Positions 38,116 to 47,352 of a stretch of DNA of 47,352 bases are shown here, piece by piece. The notes below the pieces were generated by a model that made no database searches, had not been told where the DNA came from, and worked only from the letters and a program-made list of their open reading frames with translations. How positions within the stretch are numbered: the stretch's first letter is position 1; each line of letters starts with the position of its first letter. Source of the DNA: Phycisphaerales bacterium (lineage in GTDB: Bacteria; Planctomycetota; Phycisphaerae; UBA1845; PWPN01). The stretch lies in contig JAAYCU010000129.1 of assembly GCA_012729595.1 (NCBI GenBank), forward strand, positions 1-47,352. The letters are read 5' to 3'. Position numbers and translations under genes: made by a program.

Positions 38116-39707
38116 GTGATCAGGCATAGCATTCATCCGCGACATTGGAGCAGGTTAATCGTTTTCGTCCTGCTTGGCTTGAGTATGCCGGCGTCCGCCG
38201 TCACGTTGCCAGCTATCATCGGAGATCACATGGTATTACAGAGGGACATGGATGCCCCTCTCTGGGGTTGGGCCGAGGCCGGAGAAACGATCAAGGTTAA
38301 CGGAAACTGGAATGATCAGTGGGTCGAGACCCGAACCGACGCGGCCGGCCGATGGGTGGTACGGTTGCCGACCCCTCCGGCCGGGGGGCCGTTTGAAATC
38401 ACCATTCAAGGCCGTGAGACGATTACTCTGAAGGATGTCCTGGTCGGCGAAGTCTGGATCTGTTCCGGGCAATCCAACATGCATATGTCGCTCAAGCCGA
38501 CGGTCAACTGGCACACGGGCTGTCTGAACTATGAGAAAGAAGTGGCCGAGGCCCACTTTCCACATATTCGCCTGTTGACCGTTGAGAGGCGCGCTTTCAG
38601 CGAACCCCTTTCCGACTGCCAAGGTAGTTGGCAACCTTGTTCTCCGGATACCGTTGCCGAATTTTCCGCGGTTGCCTACTTCTTCGGTCGCCGATTACAC
38701 AGGCAATTGAACCTGCCCGTTGGTCTTATTAACACCTCCTGGGGAGGGACCGCGATCGAGTCATGGACCCCGATGGAAATTCTGCAAGGTGAACCTTTAT
38801 GCGCGGACATTCTGGACAAGTACCACAAGGCTGTCCAACGATTTCCCGCCGCCATGGAGGAATATCGGCGGCAGTTGACCTCCTGGGTTGAGCGGGTGAT
38901 CGAGGCTCGTGAACAAGGCCGGCTGAATCCTCCTATGCCGGGCGCGCCCCCCGGTCCGGGTTTGCGGGATAGCCCGGCCGCTATATACAATGCCATGATT
39001 GCGCCGTTGGTGCCTTTCGGAATCCGGGGGGCCATATGGTATCAGGGAGAGTCTAATGCCAGTGACCCTGCTCGCTACCGCGTACTGTTGCCCGCGATGA
39101 TTTCAGGATGGCGTACAATCTGGCAACAGGGTGATTTCCCCTTTTATTTCGTGCAATTGGCCAGTTGGGACGTAACTCCAGCACCGAATCTGACCCCGGA
39201 AGGTTGGGCTGAGCTCCGGGACGCACAACGAATGACCCTTGCCCTGTCTAATACCGGCATGGCCGTCACCGTGGATATCGGGGATAAATACGATATTCAT
39301 CCCCGTAATAAGCAGGAAGTCGGCCGACGCCTGGCCCTTTGGGCTTTGGCAAGAACCTATGCGCAAGATGTCATATATTCCGGCCCACTTTTTAAATCCA
39401 TGTCGGTCGAGGGAGATCAGGTCGTACTCCAGTTCGATCATGTCGGAGGAGGGCTGGTTTCCGCCAGTGCCCGTCAATCAAAGGTTTTCTAGTCTCCGGT
39501 GCCGATCAGACCTTTTATCCGGCCGAGGCCAAGATCGTCGGAGATACGGTCGTGGTTCGAGCCGACGCGGTACCCGAGCCGGTCGCGGTACGTTATGCTT
39601 GGTGGGATAATCCTGAAATCGGTTTGTCCAACAAGGAAAACCTGCCCGCCTCGCCTTTCCGGACGGATGACTGGGTAGGCATACGCATCAAACCGGATAC
39701 CGAGTGA
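38116..39707 (+). pseudogene. Sialate O-acetylesterase (SASA, SGNH) with a frameshift near the 3' end
   Basis: GEVWICSGQSNM, WGGT, WYQGESN, DIHPRNK. The frame stops at 39492, but the -1 frame from about 39477 continues [10 protein letters not shown]...PVAVRYAW...[11 protein letters not shown] to TGA at 39707. Confidence 0.85.
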
Positions 39708-39715
39708 TAAACCAC

Positions 39716-40114
39716 TTACAATAATTCGGTCGGCAGGATATCGTCATTTGATGAAGGTCGAGGCGGCGGTGGCTCGTTTCCTCTGGTCGTGGGGTATCGC
39801 GATGGCGTATAAGATTGCTCGCTAGCGGCCTCTAGCGCCATGCTGGAAGGCTCGAAGGCCTCTTGTGCATGCTCCAGCCAAGTGGCCAGGAGCAGCGCGT
39901 TGATTTTGTAGCGAAGGTAACGCCCCTCGCGCTGGATGCTTACGAGATCGGCGGCTTTAAGCTCTTTCAAATGAAACGAAACTGCGTTAGGGGCCAAGCC
40001 AACCATACGACCGAGTTCACCGGCCACCATCGGTTCCCGGCATAAAGCCGATAGTATCCTCCGCCGATTTTCGTCGGCCAAGGCCTTGAACACTCTGTCG
40101 TATAAGTTATTCAT
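39716..40114 (-). CDS. ArsR/SmtB family transcriptional regulator
   Basis: VFKALADENRRRIL, VSFHLKELKAADLVSIQREGR. Pro-rich C-terminal tail. Confidence 0.9.
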   Translation of the reverse strand: MNNLYDRVFKALADENRRRILSALCREPMVAGELGRMVGLAPNAVSFHLKELKAADLVSIQREGRYLRYKINALLLATWLEHAQEAFEPSSMALEAASEQSYTPSRYPTTRGNEPPPPRPSSNDDILPTELL

Positions 40115-40493
40115 GTTCAACAATTCAACTAATGTTGGCATATGAGCTTGGTTCTGTCAACCCCGGAAATTGTCAATCTGAGGGTTTTCGGGACAATACT
40201 GGGGTTATTGGCGTAATTGGAGATTAAATACAGTAGTACTTGCGTGGGATTCCTGATATCTGGTTAACCCTCCGTGTATTGGCGGGGACTAACTCCAGGT
40301 ACTGAAGGGGATTGGGGGTCGCATATTTTTTTGTATGACGTGTCAGGCAACAATTCGGAATGCCGGTATGGCAAGCAGTCCGTCCTCCCCAAAATGTTTG
40401 CGGAACGGTTCGACGGTTGTGTGCGGGTCCATTAGAATACCCGCCGACTTCGCTTGATACGCGAGCAGGAAACGGTTTTCGAGGGAGTGGACA

Positions 40494-41744
40494 ATGCACA
40501 AGCAGGGTAAGCGTCGGACTGTTGTGGGTGTGGTGGGGGTGTTGGGTCTGCTGCTGTGCATGAACAGCGGCGTAAGCCTGGCTCAGCCGGCTGGACAGGT
40601 TGACTCCGCAGGGGCTCGGCTGGCTCAGGCCGGTGTGCAATTGGCTTGGCAGATATCCCTGCCTCTGGCCCATTCCGTTTCCATCCGCTCCTACCACCTT
40701 ATGGAAGAGAATATTTACGCCCTGGCCAGCGATGGGAAGGTGCATTGCGTCCGTGCGGACATTGGCCGGTACCGCTGGGTATGTCAGGTTGTCGGCAAGA
40801 CGGACACATTATGGCCGCCGGTGCTCTATCCGGCCTCGTGGGGTGACGAATTGGGTGGCGCGGCAGTTGGTTTTACGCGCATACATGATGTAGTTTTCTT
40901 CAGCACCGTCGGAGGAATCAAGGTTGGTACCCGCAGGACTCAGGCGGTCAATAAGGCCGCTGCAGTCATGGGGCCGAATGCCATTTACACAATTGAGCTC
41001 GATAAGTGTGTGGGTAAATATAACATCGAGGAGAGGTATCTGGATTGGCAGATACGCAGCAACGATTTACTGCAAATTTCCCCATTGTATCTGGCCGATC
41101 AGGGCCAGTTGGTTTTTGTCGACGAGGGGGGGCGAGTTGCTTCGGCCGATGGTGACGACAAGGAGGAGATATTCGATCAGCGAGTAGATGGTCGGCCGTG
41201 TGGTTGGCTGGCCGGTGATGCCGAAGGTATCTACCTGGTCACGGACCAGAATCTGTTTTATCACCTTGATCGGCGGACGGGTGAAGCGTTAGGGAAATAT
41301 TACCTGATGGCCGCCCCCGATGGCGGGCCGGTAGTTAAGGACGAGCATATTTACCAAGCCATGGCTCCGCGCGGCGTGGTCCAGATCAATAAAGCCCGGC
41401 AGGCTATCGGCTGGCGGATCGATCAAGCTCGGCGCTTCCTGGCCGAATGGCCCCGGCAGGTGGTCCTGTTGAATACGAACCATCAACTTGTGTTCGTAGA
41501 TCCGTTAAGCGGCAAAGTCGAGCGGTTAACCGATCTGGGCGAACCCTGTGATGGCATCAGTAATACGGTCAACGACGCGGTATTTATCACTACCCGTGGT
41601 GGTACTATTCGGTGTCTTCGCCCGTTGGGTAGCGAGCCGCTAACGGCTGCCGACTTTGCGACCCGGACGACCGCGTTGATGGAAACACACGATAATTCGC
41701 TCGACGAATCATCCGAGCCGATCTCAACCGATGGCGAACTGTAA
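40494..41744 (+). CDS. Exported PQQ-like beta-propeller (BamB-like) protein
   Basis: Signal peptide ending SLA. Repeated blades such as IYALASDGKVHCV...GRYRW and FYHLDRRTG. Confidence 0.7.
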   Translation: MHKQGKRRTVVGVVGVLGLLLCMNSGVSLAQPAGQVDSAGARLAQAGVQLAWQISLPLAHSVSIRSYHLMEENIYALASDGKVHCVRADIGRYRWVCQVVGKTDTLWPPVLYPASWGDELGGAAVGFTRIHDVVFFSTVGGIKVGTRRTQAVNKAAAVMGPNAIYTIELDKCVGKYNIEERYLDWQIRSNDLLQISPLYLADQGQLVFVDEGGRVASADGDDKEEIFDQRVDGRPCGWLAGDAEGIYLVTDQNLFYHLDRRTGEALGKYYLMAAPDGGPVVKDEHIYQAMAPRGVVQINKARQAIGWRIDQARRFLAEWPRQVVLLNTNHQLVFVDPLSGKVERLTDLGEPCDGISNTVNDAVFITTRGGTIRCLRPLGSEPLTAADFATRTTALMETHDNSLDESSEPISTDGEL

Positions 41745-41946
41745 CATGCCGTGCCGAGAGCGGCTTACGGTTACTCATGTTGTTCCGTGCTTGCCGTTGA
41801 TTCCCCGCCCGAAGGCACGCACAAGAGGGAAATAGTCGCCTTTCGGAGCCATCGGGCCCTGGGCTCTCTGTTGGCCACGGGGTGTACGTCGAAGCCCTTG
41901 GATGGTGCGTAATCAAGCTTCAGTGCCATGCATTTCAGGCCTTCGG

Positions 41947-44900
41947 TTACGGGGAACAGTATATGTTCGCGAGGTTTCCCGCTCCGCTCAGGCACGCTTG
42001 GAAAACAGCGAAATCATCCTGGTTGATCACCCCGTCGGGGTACAGGTCTGCCTTGGCGCAATCTCCTGTGGCGGGTGACATATTATAGCATCTTTGCAAT
42101 AGTCCGAAGTCCTCAAGGTCTACATCGCCGTCGCCGTCAAAGTCTGCTGGTACGCGTGGTGCGCCGACGATAAGGTCATCGAGTCGTAATTCCGCACGTG
42201 CCCCGGATTCCCCCATTTTGTGGTAATAACGCCATAGAATCTGCACGTAAGGCTGGTTGAGAGCGGCGGCCGGTAGCATGGCCGTCTGCATGGTTTGAAT
42301 CTCCCCGTTGGGTCCGGCGACGTATTCCACCGGCTGGTCGTCCCGGAGCACATCGCTGAACTCCCCGGTAATGCCCAGGCGGTACTGAAGACGCAGCCCG
42401 TAAACGCGTGAATTCTGGAGAACGGTTCCCGCCGTCCATCCCACGGAAACCCAAGGGGCCCCTTGGGTATTCACGGCTAACAGGGCCCCGCCAAGGTCAC
42501 GCTCTCGGCCGGTATTGATGAATGATATACCGTCCTCGCCGAGCCCGTTCAGGCGGGTACGCCGCGTAGCGTTATATGGGAAGCCGATCGTGTTGCTATC
42601 GTCATCATGATAATCGTCATGCGGAATGAAATAGGCGAATTGCAAAGGGCTATTCAGATCAGGATCCGATTCGTCGCTTTGCAGGAAGAGTATATTTTCG
42701 GGAAAGACATGCTCGGCATGCGTTGGATCCCACTCAGTGAAGGAGAATCCTCCCTGATTAAGATTCCATGCCGCCGGATAGACCAATACCCGGAACGTGA
42801 TGGCGACCGGTGAGTTATATCCGTCGTCGGCGGTCACCGTTATTACGGCATCGCCCTGATACAGCGGCGCCAGGGTCAACACATTGCCGGATACCGTCGG
42901 CTCGACGACCAGGGGCTTGTCGGCCTCCGCGCTGAAAATTAACACATCGCCATCCGGATCGATAAAACGGGATGATAAATTGACCAGGGTCGGCGTTCCC
43001 ACAACCGCCTCGGTAAACGGGATCGCCTCGGCCGGTTGCGGAGGCTGGTTGGTTCCTTCCATCGGCAAACCTTCCATCGCGATATTGTCGAAGCGGTTAT
43101 TGCCCTCCGTGCCCGAAGCATTAGAGCCGCCGAACATAATACGCACAGCGAATTCAGGATTGTCATTAACTCCGGGGATTCCCGAGAAATCAAAGCTGTA
43201 CGTCTGGTATTGCTCGGTAATCTCGATTTCCTCTGCCCTTGGAATCCAGGGCTCCTGATCGCCAAGCCGGTAGTAGATGGATTGTGTCTGCGCTCCGTTG
43301 ACCGTCCGAGTTACGGCGTAGGACAGGCTGATATACTGATAGCCGGTTGTCGGAAGCTTCAGTAACAATTCGCGAGTGTTGGACGGGTTGCGGACGCGCA
43401 GGGCATAACCGGCGGGCTGATCCATTCGAGCGTTGAGTGTCGTGCCGGGATCGACGCGATCCATATATCCGCTGCCGGAGCCCGGGTAGGTGATCTGGTC
43501 CCCCGGTATAATCGAATATTCCGACATGATGGTAGTTAATGTACCGCTTGGTAGAGAATTACAATGCCAGTAATGCAGAAGGGAAGCCGGGCAGGTATAG
43601 GCGGCCTCGTTCAGCGCGCTCCATGTTCCGTTATGTAGAATGCGCGCCTTGATCGCCAATGGGCCTGTTAGCGTTATGTCGCTGTTGTAGATCAGTGCCG
43701 AAGGCGATACGCCGCCTCCGGGCAAACGCGGATCATCGCCGTTCTTCGTATAATATACGGTGCCCGAGGCGTTCGGATTCTGGATGGTCAGGGTGTCGTC
43801 AATAGAGGCGTCGCCGCCATGCATAGACTGACCGTTGATCAGGAATGCCGGTGCCCCGACCGACGGATACCAAGCGGGATTCTTGCTGGTAAACTGGCCG
43901 AGTACGGTATTCGTGCGTCCGGGTATGTACTGTTGCAAAAGACGGTTGCATTCGGTCAGCCACTCGTTGTTTCTCGTATAGGGGGGGCCTGTCGGACGCC
44001 GAGTATCGCCCCAGCGCGCCGACTCTCCAACTATCGCCCGGTCGATCTCGTTGACCCGATTCGCGAATAGCGCCGCGAAGTTGGACGGTGTTAGCACCCC
44101 ATTGTTGAACATGTGCTTATGGGCCCGATCGGCGAACAGCATCCGATATTCCGGATTGGCGATCCATTTCTGATGCAGCCCTGTCGGCGCCATGGGGTTG
44201 TTTTTAGTTGTAACATCCTCAGTGGGCAGCCAGACATATCCGGTGTCCAGGCAGTGCTCGGCGTCCCACATATGCCAGCGCCAGCGGCCAGCGGGATCGA
44301 AACGATTACAGGACGCGAACCAATTGGATCCGTCCCAGTCCGCGTTGCCGAGATAGAAATTGGCGATCATATAATCGATGAATTCCTCGACGGCCAGTTG
44401 TTGCCGGAGGTTATCGAGGGCGGTTATGGGGTCGGGTGCGGTTGCGGAAAGTGCGAACATGGCCAGGTAGTCATCATTACTTCCCTTAACCACCGTATTG
44501 GCGTTGTGCTTCAGTGCGTCGTAATCCTCGCCATCGCCGCCCAGGTATGACGCAGCAAACCAATGATCCGGACGTTCCTGTACCCAGTACATCCCCCAAT
44601 ACAGGCCGTTGAGATATAAATGTATAGGCCGTCCCTGACTGGCGTATCCCCCCATCGCCAATTGCAGATCGGCGGCCACCCGGTCGCGAACATAGGTTGC
44701 GCGTACCTTTTGAACGACATCACCGTCATATGCCCACGTCATATTGTGACGCGCATCAAGAATCAGATTTTCGAAACTGCTCGCCGCATGCTCTCCGAAC
44801 AGTGGATAATCCAGTGAACCGCCATACCCACCGCGAAATCGTAGACGCAGCGAAAGCTTGAAAATCGACCAACGGAACAGAGACGATCCGCCCTGCATGC

Positions 44901-46083
44901 GGACGCCGCAATTCGTGGCAAATGCCTCGGTGCCCGTGGGATCGATGAATTCCACCGAGCCGGCTCGTTCCGTGCCATCCTGGTTTTCATGGGTATAAAT
45001 CCCCATTGGTGAGCCAAAGAAATGCTCCAACGGGACGACCACCGACACCGTCGGAACAGCTTGCAGATCGCTTTTAAGCGTTGCCGCATACAAATGGCCG
45101 AACAGGCCTGACGGGGAAGCGATATCCGGATCCACCTGATAATCGCCGGGTTGCTCCTTGTACGTACCCCCGGGCCAGATTGCCGGATAACCCGTCGGCA
45201 CCACCTGCTCGCCGGTTGACGGGTTCGTGGCCTGCACCAATACCTGATTCAGGAAAATGTATGTGTGGGTAACGATTGTCGATGAAAGATACCCGCTTTT
45301 AAATGCCGCCGCCCGCAGGCAAGTCGTAGACGCAACTGCAATCGGCTGGGATGGATTATAAATAATTCCGGTGCTAGCCGTCGGTTCCGAGGTGTCTATG
45401 GTATACCGAATCACCGCGCCCGGCGTCGCGCAGGTCAGATGGACCAGGAACGGGGTTTCATAGAACCCGCGGGTAACACTGAACGAAGGCTGATCCACAA
45501 CGCCCGCGTGAGTTCCGGTATTGGCCGCTCCGATGGTAACGCCCGTCAAATAACCGGTATTGCTATCCGCTCCTATGCCGTAGGATACCAGCCCCCGTTG
45601 CATGGGATAATTCGAATGAGCATGCTCGATGGTCACGCCGTCGGGTCGCACCAGAGCCACGCATTCCCCTTCGCGGGAAAGGGCGAAGGTGGTATGTAAC
45701 TTTCCCAAATCATCCACGAATGGGTAACCGTATTTCGCGACTTCCTTTTTGGAGGCGTATACAACCAGATAGCCGTTCGGCGCAATACTGTAGCCTGCCG
45801 GAAACTGCCACTTGGTCAGATTGTTAGTATTGTCCGTGAGATACCACCCCGCTAAATCGATCGTTTCGTCGGATAAATTATGCAGTTCTATCCAGTCCTC
45901 GTAGACATGCTCTCCGTTGACGATAGTGAATAGATTGAGCGATGGTAAGGGGCGCAATGCGCTGATATCCGAATTGACGGCCATAAATTCGTTAATGACG
46001 ATGTCCTGAGACATTGTCGGGGCCGCCAAGGCAAGCATTCCTATCAGGACAAGCCGCCACGAGGTAGCAGTCATAGACGACAT
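41947..46083 (-). CDS. Secreted multidomain protein: lamin-tail, Fn3-associated, CotH kinase, Ig-like and C-terminal dockerin-like domains
   Basis: IVINEFMA...DWIELHN...GWYLTD (LTD), IRYTIDTSEP, LYLNGLYWGMY..QER, NADWD..NW, WDAE (CotH), PADFDGDGDVDLEDF...ADLYPDGVINQDDF. Confidence 0.88.
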   Translation of the reverse strand: MSSMTATSWRLVLIGMLALAAPTMSQDIVINEFMAVNSDISALRPLPSLNLFTIVNGEHVYEDWIELHNLSDETIDLAGWYLTDNTNNLTKWQFPAGYSIAPNGYLVVYASKKEVAKYGYPFVDDLGKLHTTFALSREGECVALVRPDGVTIEHAHSNYPMQRGLVSYGIGADSNTGYLTGVTIGAANTGTHAGVVDQPSFSVTRGFYETPFLVHLTCATPGAVIRYTIDTSEPTASTGIIYNPSQPIAVASTTCLRAAAFKSGYLSSTIVTHTYIFLNQVLVQATNPSTGEQVVPTGYPAIWPGGTYKEQPGDYQVDPDIASPSGLFGHLYAATLKSDLQAVPTVSVVVPLEHFFGSPMGIYTHENQDGTERAGSVEFIDPTGTEAFATNCGVRMQGGSSLFRWSIFKLSLRLRFRGGYGGSLDYPLFGEHAASSFENLILDARHNMTWAYDGDVVQKVRATYVRDRVAADLQLAMGGYASQGRPIHLYLNGLYWGMYWVQERPDHWFAASYLGGDGEDYDALKHNANTVVKGSNDDYLAMFALSATAPDPITALDNLRQQLAVEEFIDYMIANFYLGNADWDGSNWFASCNRFDPAGRWRWHMWDAEHCLDTGYVWLPTEDVTTKNNPMAPTGLHQKWIANPEYRMLFADRAHKHMFNNGVLTPSNFAALFANRVNEIDRAIVGESARWGDTRRPTGPPYTRNNEWLTECNRLLQQYIPGRTNTVLGQFTSKNPAWYPSVGAPAFLINGQSMHGGDASIDDTLTIQNPNASGTVYYTKNGDDPRLPGGGVSPSALIYNSDITLTGPLAIKARILHNGTWSALNEAAYTCPASLLHYWHCNSLPSGTLTTIMSEYSIIPGDQITYPGSGSGYMDRVDPGTTLNARMDQPAGYALRVRNPSNTRELLLKLPTTGYQYISLSYAVTRTVNGAQTQSIYYRLGDQEPWIPRAEEIEITEQYQTYSFDFSGIPGVNDNPEFAVRIMFGGSNASGTEGNNRFDNIAMEGLPMEGTNQPPQPAEAIPFTEAVVGTPTLVNLSSRFIDPDGDVLIFSAEADKPLVVEPTVSGNVLTLAPLYQGDAVITVTADDGYNSPVAITFRVLVYPAAWNLNQGGFSFTEWDPTHAEHVFPENILFLQSDESDPDLNSPLQFAYFIPHDDYHDDDSNTIGFPYNATRRTRLNGLGEDGISFINTGRERDLGGALLAVNTQGAPWVSVGWTAGTVLQNSRVYGLRLQYRLGITGEFSDVLRDDQPVEYVAGPNGEIQTMQTAMLPAAALNQPYVQILWRYYHKMGESGARAELRLDDLIVGAPRVPADFDGDGDVDLEDFGLLQRCYNMSPATGDCAKADLYPDGVINQDDFAVFQACLSGAGNLANIYCSP

Positions 46084-46362
46084 AACATACTCCAGCAGAT
46101 ATCGATTTGATCCCCATCTCTGATACGCGAAAAGGCAGACAAACGCTGGGGAACGCGCCGTTTGCCGGCCCCTGAAGGCCGAATGCGTTTTTATTGTTAT
46201 CGCGCCATGGTCCGGTCCGATGTCCCGCCCGGTATTGTTGGACTTGTTTGTCCATCGCCGTTACCGGGGTGCGGGTCGCAATCTACTCGGATTCGCGTTG
46301 CGCCCGTAATGGCTGCGTGAACCACTTCCCGACCAGTCGGCGGCGCGATGCTTAAGCAATTT

Positions 46363-47055
46363 TTACTTGGCCTTGGAATCCGTTGTAACGCGATTAGCAG
46401 GGCGGCGACGATTGCATACCATCAATCCGCCTGCCAAAAGCAGCAGAGCGGCCGGTTCCGGAATCACATGCACGCCCGGGCTGCCGATGTCTCCGCTCAA
46501 CGCGGCCCATGAGTTTTGCATATCTCCGATGGACGACAGGGTCCACTCGTACGGATCATTCATTCCGAGGCCGGCCTGGCTGACCCATCCGCTGGCCCCG
46601 TCCGTGCGGATGCTGCCAGGGAAAACCTCATCCCCGTAGGTCAGGCGATCGACGAGTATGCCAAGCGCGTCGTAAATATTAATCTCGTCTGCGCGCCCGA
46701 GATTATTTCCGGTCGGGTTGCCCAAATCTCCGATGATCTTGATCGACATATCCAAAGACCACTCGTCGCGAAATCGTTCAACGGTTGTTTCTGTGATGAT
46801 CACGGATTCGCCCGGCATGACTATGCCGAACGAACTTAAATCAAAAATTCCTGGAGTCCGTTTATCGTCATCAAAACTCCAACCGTCCATATCGATCGGT
46901 ACGCTCCCTATGTTCGTCAGCTCGATGAATTCCCGTTCGCGATTACTACTGCTGTCGACCGCGCCTCGGTACATATACTCGGTAATGCGTATGTCGGCGC
47001 CGACGGCGGACGTGATTAGAACAAGCGACACAAAGGCTGTGATAATTTGTTTCAT
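46363..47055 (-). CDS. PEP-CTERM protein with lamin-tail domain
   Basis: SD AAGGAG then MKQII signal peptide; IRITEYMY...EFIELTN...GWSFDD; IPEPAALLLLAGGLMVCNRRR. Confidence 0.9.
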   Translation of the reverse strand: MKQIITAFVSLVLITSAVGADIRITEYMYRGAVDSSSNREREFIELTNIGSVPIDMDGWSFDDDKRTPGIFDLSSFGIVMPGESVIITETTVERFRDEWSLDMSIKIIGDLGNPTGNNLGRADEINIYDALGILVDRLTYGDEVFPGSIRTDGASGWVSQAGLGMNDPYEWTLSSIGDMQNSWAALSGDIGSPGVHVIPEPAALLLLAGGLMVCNRRRPANRVTTDSKAK

Positions 47056-47352
47056 GATTTTCTCCTTGAGATAAGTGTTTTTCGTGATCCGCGTGAGTTT
47101 CTGGGTGGCAGAATCCGACAGGCTAAGCTCAGAGCCGTTGGCGAGTGCGCCAGCGTAGTGCATTAACCCCCCAGTCGCTCTACTCTAATATTCAATTGTA
47201 CCTATTTGCCGCTCAAATACAAATCAATTGGGCGTAACTCGCCAAGCGCGCCCACGTAACGTCCTATAATACAAGCATTTACAGCTTGCGGTTGTTTGAT
47301 ATAGTGGGCCTCCCGAGGGGAACATTGCTTGTCAAGGACGATGTTCGACCCA

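Noticed and set aside
47056-47352. Riboswitch in the PEP-CTERM leader
   Set aside because: Some hairpins, but no recognisable aptamer consensus.

Overview
GC-rich bacterial window. Planctomycetota (probably Phycisphaerae-like) is inferred from the dockerin-like DFDGDGDVD tail, a PEP-CTERM protein, the ccsA-hemA pair and rpsP-trmD-rplS without rimM. In order it holds: an IS630 end, a degenerate rnfC-rnfD pair, SLC13 permease, lemA, HEAT protein, PP2C phosphatase, rtcB, ccsA-hemA, a repeat-rich island with a single-chain N6-adenine restriction-modification gene, rpsP-trmD-rplS-yraN-tatD, a secreted uORF before a 1436 aa secDF, dsbD, nucleoside hydrolase, parvulin PPIase and ispG. An accessory tail follows: DUF3592 protein, NhaC-family gene split by TAG, frameshifted sialate O-acetylesterase, ArsR, beta-propeller, CotH/LTD/dockerin protein and a PEP-CTERM protein. 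Best leads: (1) the uORF has a signal peptide and ends in HAPP, with those codons in a predicted RNA stem, so it is a candidate SecM/ApdA-like arrest peptide regulating an extra-large SecDF; (2) the RM gene is bracketed by covarying ATAG-footed REP hairpins, one interrupted by a 181-bp MITE; (3) RnfC and RnfD have lost their flavin-binding motifs; (4) an orphan promoter-terminator unit may encode an sRNA. All family calls come from motif recognition by eye; no searches were run.
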